This document shows, one piece after another, positions 36,146-48,500 of a stretch of DNA of 64,000 bases. The notes under the pieces were generated by a model. The model searched no databases. It was not told where the DNA came from and worked only from the letters and a program-made list of their open reading frames with translations. The number at the start of each line of letters is the position of its first letter. The stretch's first letter is position 1. The position numbers were made by a program, and so were the translations under genes. The stretch is from Lingula anatina (Eukaryota; Animalia; Brachiopoda): NCBI GenBank assembly GCA_051362555.1, contig CM120640.1:17484001-17548000 (forward strand). The letters are read 5' to 3'.

Positions 36146-39100
36146 TTTGTTGTTTTCTTTTATAATTTTTTCTCAAACACTTGCATTTGTGACTTTTAAC
36201 TCTCATCTGCCTGGGGCTCTGCACATTTTCTGTATTTCTACATAAGCAGTTGTATTGTTTTTTATGTCTTTAAACATTATGTAATATTATTTTATGCACT
36301 GTCATCATTTTTCAAATATTGAGACTTTCATAATGTGAATTTGAACTCTCATGGTCCTGAAACTGTAATCTTATTGAAGGGGTGGATTGAGACCATCTTC
36401 TGGGTCTTCCAGAAGACATTCAGGTTATTAAGTTTATATTGACTGGTATCTATTTTTTTCTGTTGGAAGACCATCAAAATGGAGGATGGATCAACATAGA
36501 TACTTTGTAATACTGTCAGAAAATATCTCTGGGTCTGCTCCTGTTATTGACCATGTTACCTGTTGTGCAAGATTAAAATTCAGTGTTGACTGACAGTGCT
36601 ATTATAAGCATTATTTATTATTGCATCAAAATTGACAAAATGACCTTTTTTGCATCTTTATTTTCTGTTTTTTGTCTGTACATTTGTCAGCTTTGCTGCC
36701 TTGTATTTTTATTTTATGTCAACAATCTGCTTACTTTGTTAGAATTGCATGCTTGGATTTCAGGCCTTTTTCAAATATTCATGTTGCAGTGCTTGATATT
36801 TGGTAGATAATAGACCACAAACAATCATTTTTAGGAATACAACAGACTGAGACTCCATACACCCTGAACATTTATCTAATGGACATTAATTTGCAATTAA
36901 TACTAAAGAATGCTTAAAGGCCTTGCATAATTATTTTACTTTTTGATAATGACAACAGTTGAATCAAGAACATCATTTAAAAATGGTGAACAAGGAGGTT
37001 TGGGGTTGCATTTGTAATTAATTGTAAGGTAATAGTTAAAAAGTGTAAAATAATATTTTTTCTTTCAGATATTAATATCCATCAACAAATAAAGCCAGCA
37101 GAACATAATAAAAAACTCCCAAAAGTTCTTTGTTGAATTTCCCTGCATAATGTAAGTTTTTTTTAAATAATGTATATGATGCCAAAAAGCAGAGGACAGT
37201 TTGCACCCAATGATAATAACAACCTCCATTTAAACATTTAATTTAAATCAACAGCAGCTGAGGGAAATATAGTTGAATTTAATGGAAATTGTTACTGGAG
37301 GCAAATGCAGTGGTCCTTATTTACCTTAAAAACAAATGAGGTTTGTGATGTAGTTGTGTAACATTAGACTGTTTTACTGGTCTGATTGATAGTACTGTTA
37401 GAACATTTATTTACAATATATGTGTGTGTGTAAACAGATCATATCAACTTAGTATGAAGCTGAAATTAGTAAAGTGACCAACCAGTCTGAAGTTTAGTTC
37501 ATATCACAGTAATCAACTATTAAGGGAACACACAAAGCAGTAGACATATCGGCTTCTCCACCTGAACAGGTTCATTAGAAGTTACCTCAACAATTAACTC
37601 ATATACTAGGCTATTACACTATAATCACACTTACAGGATATAGCACTAGCACTTAGACTGGACATTAATATATATTATTTTTATGGGTAAAAGAGGTAAT
37701 GAATTGAAATTAAAGTAAATGAGTAGGTAGAAGGCCATTGGCATAAGTATTTTTTATTCTTTTTCTTTGAATTTCTATATTTAATTTCTATACATGTGAC
37801 ATCTTTATATCTAATTAGATTATGAGCAACCTACATTGCTTTTATGCTAATAAAAAGAGGACAGTTTAGATGCAATTACAGTTACAATTTCCATTTAATT
37901 AAGATGGAAATTCTTACTGAAAATGGAGGCAAATGCAATAGTCTCTATTTACGTAAAATACAATGAAGTGTATGATGGAGTTGCACCATACTCGACTGTT
38001 TCACTGGTCTGATTAAAACATTGCAGTTACAAGTAAGAAAAATACAGGATTTATACATGTATTGGTATTATTATTTTCATTGTTTTAGCATTTTTTTAAT
38101 AGTGAGCTTACCAATTCCATTTTTATAATTAGCAATTAAAACTTAATTTGCACATAGCATGGTAAAAGAACAATTGACTTTTGTTTACCTAATTCACAGA
38201 CTGACCCAAAAAAGTTTCTCTGACTACATTTGCTCTTCCCAATGTCCTCACTGCTGATATTGTTTTCTAAAAGATATCATGCTAAATTAGTTGTATCAGG
38301 CAATTGTATGTACTGCATGCAATAGTTTATTCTAGTATGAATGTTGCATTATTTATTTACTTCAGTGGCCAGATTGTTTGACTCATACAGATAGCAAGTA
38401 GGTTTACTGTAGAGTCCTTGATCATAAACTAGGAAATTGTAGGTATTCAGTCTTTTTACTTGCTGCAATATATATGAATATATTTACTTTATTTTGGTTA
38501 ATATTTTGGTAATTAAGGTTTGATAATTTTTCAACAGATCTGAAGTGGTGGAACCAGCAAGAGATGCAAATGCAACAATAGTGCTACGCTTGGTTTATGT
38601 AAATCTACGCAACTTAAAAAGAGCCTGCTTAAACCAGAAAACAAAAGAAAAAAGAGCAGTAAGTATCCTTGCCATCTCAAAATCAATATGTGTGAACACA
38701 CTGACTCATGTTTGTGCTATGTTTTAAAACACTGAAGTACATGACAGTAGTCTTTGATTAAAAGATTATTTGCATCTTGATGGTTCAGTAAGTAGTTATT
38801 TTGTAATAAATACCTAAGGTATTTTGTCATTTGCAACTATTTTGTGTGTTTAGAAAGGTATCTAAATAATATGAACTTTAAGGTTTTAATATATAGACAC
38901 TGTGTGTCTATATATTCTGATCACTGTCTGTCTGTTTCATTGCCATCAGACACATCAGTTGCTAACTTCTTCCATATCTTTTGTTTTCCTTTAAAATTAC
39001 TAAGTGGCTTTGTTGGTAAAAATGTAGGCTTCTTTTGAAGATCAGCATGAGCAGGGTTTTTTTACAATTAAAGTTATTGAAAATATTACATTTTTTTAGG

Positions 39101-39815
39101 AAATGTTCACCTTTAAGTCTTAAAATGCCAAACTATTTTTGTTATACTTCAAATTTGCTGAGTGGCTTTGTTTGATAAAACGGTAGGTTCATTTAGTAAA
39201 TTAGCACGAATGAATTATTCTTAACAAAACTTCTTGATTTTTTTTGTCTTTTTTTTCTGTGTATTTTGAGATATACTAGAACACCAGACCATTTCCATTT
39301 TATGGAAGAGACATTGTTAGTGTAGACATATGCAGTTAAGTACTTTATGTCAAATCATTCATCAGTTTAAGCAGAAAACTTGGAGAAGATTTGCTGTACA
39401 ACATTTTTCCAAACATTTTGATAATAATATTGTGGTATTTTGAAGTTTTTGTGTATCCCACAACAGATATAAATATTTGTTGTAGATGAAATTCACCTGT
39501 TCTAAAGTGGGCACTCTTGATATTTTTTTAATTTTTTACCACTGCCTGGACTTGCCTGGACATCATTTATTTCAATGTTTATTCTCTATACTTGTTCCAT
39601 CTTTGATGTCTTATAAAATCATGAGCAACCCACATTGTTATTTATGCCAATAAATAGAGCAAAGTGTGCATCCATTCACAGTAACAACTTTCAGTAAACT
39701 TCATTTAATTAACTTAAAGATGGTAATTGTTACTGTTATTGGAGGAAAATGTAATAGTCCTCTTTTACCTTAAATACAAATGAAGTTAATGATGTAATTG
39801 TGCAACTGTTACATA

Positions 39816-40258
39816 CCTTCTACCAGGGCCACAGATTGATTTTTCACTAGAAATTTACAGATACAAACATCTCTGGTTGAATTCACGATTATTCTCTGTG
39901 CTTTGGTCCTGTAATGAAATCTCAAATATGATTACATAGCTGGTAATTATTTACATAACTACTCCACTTAACAAGTACCCCTGATAGTAATCAAGACTTT
40001 TGTCACAACAAAATAGCTTTTTACTTCAGGGTATTCCTTCAAACCATGTGACTAGTCTCAGCAAACAGACAAGACAAGAAAGGTTGCGTAACGTGTGTTA
40101 ATCACATTGGCAGAAACCCCAGCTCCCACTGAGCTCCTGCAGGGAGGGTACGATGCCATCAGCATGCGTGCAGATTTAATTGCTTCATGTGCCCAAAAGT
40201 TTCAGGGTCCCCTCAGCAAAAATGTCCACATAATAATAACTGCGGCCCTGTTAGAGGG
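39816..40258. mobile_element. MITE, TA TSD (Tc1/mariner-like)
   Basis: ta|ccttctaccagggcc ... ggccctgttagaggg|ta. The paralogous blocks at ~37370 and ~37995 show the empty site. Confidence 0.8.
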
Positions 40259-40433
40259 TAACTGTTTTACTGGTCTGAGAAAAATGTTGCAGTTTGGAGA
40301 AATATGTGATTTATATATTTGTTGTTTTTCATTTATTATTTTTTATTAGTTATGTATATTGGCATGGTGAACATACAATTCATAATCAGCAATAAATAAA
40401 CAAAAAGAAATGACCTTAGTGTGTGTATATATG

Positions 40434-40478
40434 TACACACACACACACACACACACAAACACACACACTCATACACAC
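40434..40478. repeat. (CA)n microsatellite, interrupted
   Basis: Direct reading. Confidence 0.9.
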
Positions 40479-40852
40479 AGTCTGAAACAATCTGAGAAAC
40501 CTTCATTGACAGATATATCATTTCTTTTACTTAGAACTACAAAAGAGATGATTTGTCACTTAATTTGCATGCGGCAGGGTGAAAGAACAATTGACTTTGG
40601 TTGACATGCAATTTGATCAAAAATGTTCATCAGACTACATTTGCTCTTTCCAATATCCTCACTGCTGTTCTTTTTTCAGAAGATACAGTGTCAAATTAGT
40701 TGTATCAGGCAATTTTATGGACTGCATGCAATATTTATTTTAGTGTGAATATTGCATTATTTATTTAATTTGACCAGTTTGTTTGACTCATACAAATCTG
40801 TAAGACAATATATGCATAAACTAGATTTACAGAGACCCTAATCATAAACTAG

Positions 40853-41472
40853 CACCCTGAGCTTCAGAGCTAACTTGACACTAACCTTTTCACTGTAGCC
40901 TATCTCCATCGTGTCAAGTAACCTCTGACCAGATTCGATTGCCTCCGCCGCCCGCCAATCAAATTTAAAAGCCCGCACTCAATGACTCATTAAACGATCT
41001 AGCCAATGAACGCGAACGAGTCAAAGCGCGCTTTGTTCAAATCCGGACCAATCAAAGATAAGGCTGAATATCAGGGTCTTGCCGTAACCTGTGGGCAGCA
41101 CGCAAATAACATCGTCTCTCAGAGTCTCAGTAGATAATGATGCAGGGCATCATACTGCTCTGGTTTCAATTCCGATATACTCCATGCTTTTGTGTACGGT
41201 TATGCACTCAGAACCACTCGGAACTACTCGGATGTCTCCGCACTCGACAATAACTATGTTGTTAGTATGGAGCTTGCGGAATCAGCCGAGGATTGCCGAT
41301 TGACGATCAACCAATCAGCGTTTTCACCAAACTTTGGTGAAAAATTTTGAAACATGGATTCGATTGGCTTATATAAAATAGGTCAAACTATTTTCGTCAG
41401 AGGTTACTTGACACGATAGAGATAGGCTACAGTGAAAAGGTTAGTGTCAAGTTAGCTCTGAAGCTCAGGGTG
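40853..41472. mobile_element. 620-bp MITE with ~77-bp TIRs and 8-bp TSD TAAACTAG (hAT- or P-like, CA..TG ends)
   Basis: caccctgagcttcagagctaacttgacactaacc... / ...ggttagtgtcaagttagctctgaagctcagggtg. TSD at 40845-40852 and 41473-41480. The empty site atcataaactagg is seen in the paralogue at ~38422. Confidence 0.93.
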
Positions 41473-43770
41473 TAAACTAGATGAAGCCATATGTATTCCA
41501 TCTTTTTATTTGCTGGAGTATATGCAAAGGTATATTAAGATTATTTTGGTAAATGTTTGTCCTTTCTGGAGTTTAATCATTTTTCAACAGACCTGGGGAA
41601 GTGGAAGTGATACATGTACAACACATAGTGTAGATCAGCATAACTTATAAAGTTGATTATGATACTTTTAAGGAAGTGTAAAGTATGAGCAGGCAAAATA
41701 TTAAAAGGAAAAAAGATAACAAGTTACTTTAACATTTTACAACAGTAAGGTATTGAAACCTTTTAAAATGCCCCTCTTCATTAGTAGCATATACTAGTAT
41801 CAGTGTAATTATTCTCAATTATCTGCTGTGCAAGCTGCCCTCAGGAAATTATTTTTTTACTTCACCAATAACTTCATGCCAATCTCCTCAGCAGAAGCCA
41901 TAATATCTACTGAGAGTAGGTGTTGAAGCAGAAGTAATGACAGGCCTTTTGTAAAGAGGAGATGGAGAAAGAATGGAGATATGTTTGCTAATAGGTGTCC
42001 CTATATGAAGTCTAGATTTCCATGCCAATGCATTGCTTGTATTCAATTTTTTTTATTATATATCTTTATAAGAAAAAGAAGTGTTAGAATATATAATTTA
42101 TTAGATTTGAGTGGAAATGAATAAAAAACACACACACATATATAATTCCAGTAGTAGATATTACTAATGATTATTGGCAGATGTTAGTAATAATTATTTT
42201 AGTTATTCTTTTTTATTCAGCCTTTGAAAAGCACTTAACATATGAGGAAAAAAAGAATTTAAACAAAGTTATCTATTATTATGAATAGTTACCTCTGGGG
42301 AAAGGATACAGGTTAAGTTCAAAAATATGCTTGAAGTTATCTGCTGTTTGTGTTTTTTTTGCATGTATTTCATGTTTTGAGCAAGAATTTAAAACTCGCA
42401 CTGCTTTAGACTGAGTTAATTGTTTTCACATTACTCCTATAACAGCCTGAATTATTTTTTAAGTTCATTTATTTATTATTAATATTATTACTATGTGCAT
42501 GTTGAAACTGAAATTGGTTATTGCCTGTATAGTTTTGGTGGAGAGAATGGGCTATGCATTTGCAAGCTTCAGCTTGCTTGTTTATAATGTTTAATTTTCT
42601 TATTTATTGTATTCACAGCACATAAACTTAATATCGAAAATCTAGATTTGCTTGTCTTCTGAACTATTGTACTTATTTTGATTTTAGAAAGACTATTTTG
42701 GTCTTCTTTATTTTGAATCTTGGGATTTGTTATATCTAAAGCCTACAAAGTTTAAAAAAAAAGAAAAGAAAAGAAAAAAAGAAAACTTCAGGTGTTGTTT
42801 AGTTTAGGCTTATTTATTTAATTTAAAAACTCTAGAGATTTTAATTTATGGATATTATATACATTATATGTAGAAGAATGAGCCTGGGAATTGTTCAGAA
42901 ACAGTGGCAAGAAGCACATGATGTTCAGATTATGTGAGGTGTACCTCGGAATACCTTTGATTGCGGTTCATGTTTTTTACCTTATAAACAGTGGTTCCTT
43001 GGAGCTTTGTGTTCTGCCACAATCTTTAAGTAAAAGTGACAGAAAATTGTGAGTTGCACACAGAGAATTATTGATTTTCCTAGTTTGTGTTTTTATGCAT
43101 GTCTTCATTACGTTAGCAATGTTTTACATTGCATACAAGTGATTATAGCATTAGTAGGAGTATAGAACTATCAAATCATGTAAACATTTTGGGGAAATTG
43201 AAATAGGCATGGATCAAATAATTAATAGAAATGTCTGATTTTTAAAGGTTGGATGTCAGTTCCCTGTCAACATGTTCTTTGTCATTTTCTGGGTCAGTTT
43301 AATGAGTGAACTTCATTGCAGGCAATTCACCACAAAAATGATGTTGAACATATAAAACATATAAAATATAAATAAATAAATACAAAGTTTCCAAAGAAAT
43401 CAAAGTAATGAATTTCTGTAATCTACTGCATATTAACATGAGACTATGGCACCCTTGACAATATGCAACACAATATCTATTGTGGTGTACACAATAAGTA
43501 TTTTTAAGATCACACCATGAAATACCCCTCCAAATCATAATTCATTGTTCACGATCAAACCTGTGGCTTGAGTCACAGACAACAATTTCATTTATAATGC
43601 CTGTCCATGGTCATAGGGCTTGGGTTAGAGACTAAAATAGGTAAGCATTCCTTAATATTCTTTGTGAAATGCATCTTTGTTGGTTTAGATTCTTACCAGC
43701 TTTGGCAGGTTTTAGTTCTGGACAGTTTTTTTATGTGTGTGAAACTGGACCCAAATGAATCATTCAATGC

Positions 43771-43979
43771 TTTTTACCTCTGCCAAGGAGGTTATGTTTT
43801 CACCCCTGTTTGTCTGTTTGTTTGTTTGTCATCAACATAACTCAAAAAGTTATGGACTGATTTTGATAAAATTCTCAGGAACTGCCAGAAGTGGGCCAAG
43901 GAAAAGATCATTAGTTTTTGGTGGTGATCCATATCAATAATCAATCAATAATCAGTAGTAATAAAAAATCGCTGCCTTG
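43771..43979 (+). mobile_element. HINE family A, 3'-truncated copy
   Basis: tttttacctctgccaaggaggttatgttttcacccctg..., stops at gctgccttg without the terminal palindrome. Confidence 0.75.
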
Positions 43980-44230
43980 TTTAAAAATGATTTAAAACAA
44001 CACATGGGTGGGCTTTAAAGCATTTATTGCTTTACTAACTATGACTAACTACGTTACAGGCCAATTAAGCAATGATTAGAAGCACAAGGTACATCAAATA
44101 TAATGAATGCAATTAAACATTTAACTTTGCAGAAAATAAAACCCCTCACCATTTTGTTTCAAAGGCAGTGGAAAGTGGTGACTTCTTATTTGCACTAGAT
44201 AGTTCATTTTGTTCAGTATTTGGCCCTATT

Positions 44231-44520
44231 GGGGCCATTCAGAATAGATGATCCAAGTACTAACTGATTCGCCAACTAAATATGGCTGACCACACTTCAA
44301 AAGCGATGCTGCTGATTCCTGATGGTCTCCCCACCTCCACATGCGCCATTTAACGGATTAAATCTCAGCTCTGAGGTTTTATCGCTAGGCCCCTGCAGCG
44401 ACGGCGCATGTGGAGGCGGGGAAACCATCTTGGAATTAGCGGTATTGCTTTTGAACTAGGGTTGGCCATATGTAGTCAGCGGTTCAATTAGTATTCGGAT
44501 CATCTATTCTGAATGGCCCC
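44231..44520. mobile_element. Fold-back MITE (~120-bp imperfect TIRs)
   Basis: ggggccattcagaatagatgatcc... mirrored by ...ggatcatctattctgaatggcccc; inner ccccacctccacatgcgcc / ggcgcatgtggaggcgggg. Confidence 0.85.
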
Positions 44521-44688
44521 ACTCAGAATAGGGGACTAACTAGTCCGAAGGTCAAATATGGCCGATCCACTTGAATACTTTCCCACAGAATATCTATTCA
44601 GTGTCTGTTAGCGGATTAGACAGCAAGCTTTGTAGTAGGTCGCCATATTTGACCCTCGGACTAGTTAGTCCCCTATTCTGAATGGGGG
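44517..44688. mobile_element. Second fold-back MITE abutting the first
   Basis: ccccactcagaataggggactaactagtccgaaggtcaaatatggc / gccatatttgaccctcggactagttagtcccctattctgaatgggg. Confidence 0.85.
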
Positions 44689-45301
44689 ATTTGGCAATAT
44701 TTACAGCATGTTTCATTTCAGTGGTGGGGGTTGCTTATATATTTATATGTTTGTTCTTACCTATTTGTTTACTGTGTACTTCATGACATGTTACATATGA
44801 CTTATTGCAAGGTATTCAAGACATGTGTAGATAAAGATCTCAGTCAGAGAATACTAGTACATATTTGTCAGGGTATTGTCAGTGAATGGAATATATAATC
44901 TTTGTGAGAAGAAAATAGCTGTCATATTGCTTGTACATGCAGTGTGTTCTTTGCAAGGTTAGACGTGTTGCATTGTCCATGTCTCTGTCTTGGAATAATC
45001 CCCTACAGCATGATTTTGTAATAGTCAAATAATAGTAGCAAACTAAAATTTTAGGGAGGACTGATAAAAGTTAAGAATTTTGATTAAAAGGTTTAATCAT
45101 TGAAAAAGTTGTGGTAAAACCAGCTGAGATGATTGGCAAAATACATGCAATTTTGATACACATTGCATTAGAGTGTGCATTGTAAAGAGATCTAATGGAA
45201 ACAAAAGAGTTCAGAGAAAAATGATCTCCTGATAGGGAGTCTGAAATCTAATAGGATTGTGATGTATCTACTCTTTTTTCACTGAAGTCAATGTACTTTT
45301 A

Positions 45302-45516
45302 GAGAGCATTCCCAGAGATTTAGATCGATCCATCTGGATCGACCTAACTCCCTGGGGGTTCACGCTAAATTGCAGTCAGACGAGCGCACACGACAGTTAA
45401 TTACCCCCTTATAGCTTTTAGTAGGCAAGACAGACACTCAAGCCGGCTAAGCTGACCGTAATCTAGTGAGACTCCCCACAGGGATAGATCTATCTAAAAT
45501 CTGTGGGAATGGGGTA
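45302..45516 (+). mobile_element. MITE family D, copy 2 (TTA TSD)
   Basis: 215 bp, TTA at 45299-45301 and 45517-45519; same TIRs and interior as the other copies. Confidence 0.88.
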
Positions 45517-48500
45517 TTAGAGAAGTTTTTATGTATTGGAAAGCTTAAATGTGATGATACAGTGCATTATTAATAAACAAAATGGGAATCTGAACAACTA
45601 CTGAACTAGCAGTTACTCAACCAAATTACATTAGCAAAGAATTTTTAATTAAAAAGTATTTTGTATTGAAACTCTCCCAGGACAAAATTTGGCTCGTTCC
45701 AGAATTTCTGATGACAAAAAAATTGTCAGCATGTGTTCAGGAAGGATAGAAATAAAGACTAAAGAACTATAGGGATGTTCTCTCACATACATTTACTATG
45801 TTGGGAAGAGCATTTTGATTGATTTGTATTAAGATGTATCAAGGAAACCAAAATCTTTTTGTTGTCTACCTTTGAAGTTGCTTTGATTATGAAATCTTAA
45901 TGTTTTCTTAGCGATGTCTTGTGGATTTTGGTTTTGTGATTTGCAAGCAATATCTTTCCATTTTTAGGACAACATCATGTTTTGAAGCTTAGGCAACCTG
46001 CCTTGTCTGCAGCAATTTGTAATCAAAAGTGGTGAAAAGCTAGAGGTAAGATTATTAATATTTGTTCATTAAAGCCATAGCAATTTTGTCACAAGCAGTC
46101 TAGTTCTGTGTCAACACAAAAGCTGAAAATACATTAAACTGCCACAGATAAAACAGATGAGTCACTTAACATTCTCACAGGGCTCCCATTAATTGAAATA
46201 TTATCTCAAAATGTGGGAAGTGCCTTTGTGGTAATAGTTTTAATATAAGTAAAACCAATTGGCTTGTAACAATTACCATCATATGGCCTCCTTTAGTGTT
46301 GGAGAGGGTAGCGTTTGGAAATTAATATATTTTTGTAACTATGAAGAAGGTCCTATCGTATTAAGACACAATTTTTGTGTAACTATATTTACCTAAATCT
46401 TCTCAGTCATCCACGATAGATCCAGGATAACCAGAAGGGTTGGGGTTCTTTTTTATCCCTAGCTCCCTCTGCAAAATTTCCTATTAAAACCATCAGTGGT
46501 TACTGAGGTGATTTGGTTTAACATAAAAAAATCATTGAAAAGATGATGCGATTTTGGGCTTTTTACAATATTGAGGAAAATAAACTTTCAGTTGTGTTCA
46601 GTTTTTGCCTTTTTTCCTTTTTTAGGAAGGAGATTGGGCTGAATATGTCTGATATAAGCTTCTGATAAGAAAATGAGGTGGGGTTTTAAAACCTCCCCTT
46701 AACTGATCTAGCATTGGTCAACATTCATAGTTAGCCTTATTATTTTATATTTCCCATGGGAAAGTTTTTGAAAAATAAAAATATAGACTTGATAAGACAC
46801 AAAATTTGTTGAAATTTATAGCATATTTTTATCTTTGTAATCCATCTGTTGTCTGTTTCTATGTCTCAGCACCTCAATATATCTTCTTATTAAATGTATC
46901 GGGGAGAGCAAGCCAGAAATAATTTACAGTAAGACGAAGCCCATAAAACCACAAATTCCCCAAATCACTTCTACAAATCTTTTGCCAAAAGAAGAAATAA
47001 TGACTTTTATGTATCATTTTTAGAAGAAGAAGAAAAAAAAAAAAAAACACTTGGCACACTGCCAGTGCAACAGTTACTTGTGCCACTAGCCTAGACAAGA
47101 ATTCATGAAAAGCTAAGTTGGAAATCTTTTAAGATATGTAGTTTTGGCTCTCAGCTTAAATTGATATTGCTAGTAACTGGATTTTCAGCTTGTACTGGTA
47201 GGCCATTGGCTTGTCCACTACTGAGGTAGTGTGGTGTCTGTGGTCATCATCTGTGACCTTGTTGTCACCCATAAAGCTTGTCTTCTTCAGCTTGCTGGTG
47301 TCCTTATTTCCTGTGTTAGCTTTCTCATGGGATCCCTAATGAAGTTTTCCATAATTACTATATAAAAAAGATCCATTCTCAGAAATTCAGGCTGGCAGCC
47401 AAAGCACACACTTTTTAACCTACGCAGGATTTCTTTTCCAAAATGTTTAGTGAAAAAAAGTTGATCTTTTTTATGTGTTTTAGTTATTGGTATATAAATA
47501 TAAAAAGAAACATTTTGGAAATACAGTGAATACAGGTGTTGAATATATGATATGGTTTCAATATTCCCATTATTTATTAACAGTTATTATTTCCTCCTAT
47601 AGCATTCATTCAGTGTGGGGCAATTTATCCTATAGATATATTTTGTGTACAAATGCTGAGTTTTTATCCACCTGTCTTCCCGGAAATCGAGCTGTTAGTG
47701 ATTGGCAAGGGTAATTACTGCTTTCTATATCAAACTGAAACATTCAAAGCTGCCTTCCTGCAGAGTGGTATTGCCCTCTCCCTTTGGAATAACATGATTG
47801 GGTTAGCTTGTATAATATAAGCCCCAAAGGCTCAAATAACTCCCAGACATGTTTTGTATTTCCCCCCGATTTTTGCCTTTACACATTTGGTGCAGTTGCT
47901 ATTGTATTAAAATGACTGTGGGCTTTGTTTTATTAATTATGAAATTGAACATTAACTGTTTTCTTTTCTGAGGTTCTTTTATGTAATGGATTGCAAATAG
48001 TTGTTCTGAGACAACTTTGTAATTTAATGACACTGTTCATTGCTGTTGTTTTAATGTTCAATAAATTTGCACGTTCATTAACTTCATTACATTTAAGCGT
48101 AAGGTAACAACAGTCCATTAGGATATTAGCACATTTGAAGATAGATGAAGGCAAAAATACCCCCCAAAAAATGCATATTTTAACTCTTAAGTAGTACTGA
48201 TTATTTCCATATCTCAACAGACTCCATTTGGTGATTAATTATTAAAATTCTATTCGTTAGTGATGTTATAAGCAGCGTTGTTTTTAACACGGTGCTGGTT
48301 GTGACTTTCATAGTTTATGAACTGTCTGATAGGACACTGTCTGGAACAGACTTTTTATCCATGTCCTTTATTTACAATTCATATAGTAACATTTTAGATA
48401 ATATGTGTAATTTACAAGTGTTGGCAAGTCAAGATGTTCTTGAAACTGTCCTACTGCCTAGATTACTTACGATCTGAAGAGTGCCTGACTCAATAAAAAA

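Larger units (their letters stand above)
32895..36704 (+). mobile_element. Helentron/HINE-type element family B, long composite copy
   Basis: 5' palindrome atgtacagacacagatgtgtctgtacat, (GCCGTT)n, 161-bp array, 337-bp array, and 3' subterminal tgtctgtacatttgtcagctttgctgccttgt at ~36673-36704. It contains a (TA)n tract and a family A element. Confidence 0.8.
37170..41750 (+). repeat. Old, diverged local tandem duplications
   Basis: A ~210-bp block occurs three times (~37176-37385, ~37820-38012, ~39620-40279 with an interrupting MITE). A second block occurs twice (~38150-38560 and ~40570-41615 with an interrupting MITE). Confidence 0.75.

Noticed and set aside
47156-47335. Minus-strand 59-codon open stretch GSHEKANTGNKDTSKLKK... 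after a TAG acceptor
   Set aside because: Weak pyrimidine tract, no recognisable homology or partner exons, and local strand skew favours + strand transcription. It cannot be excluded without RNA-seq.
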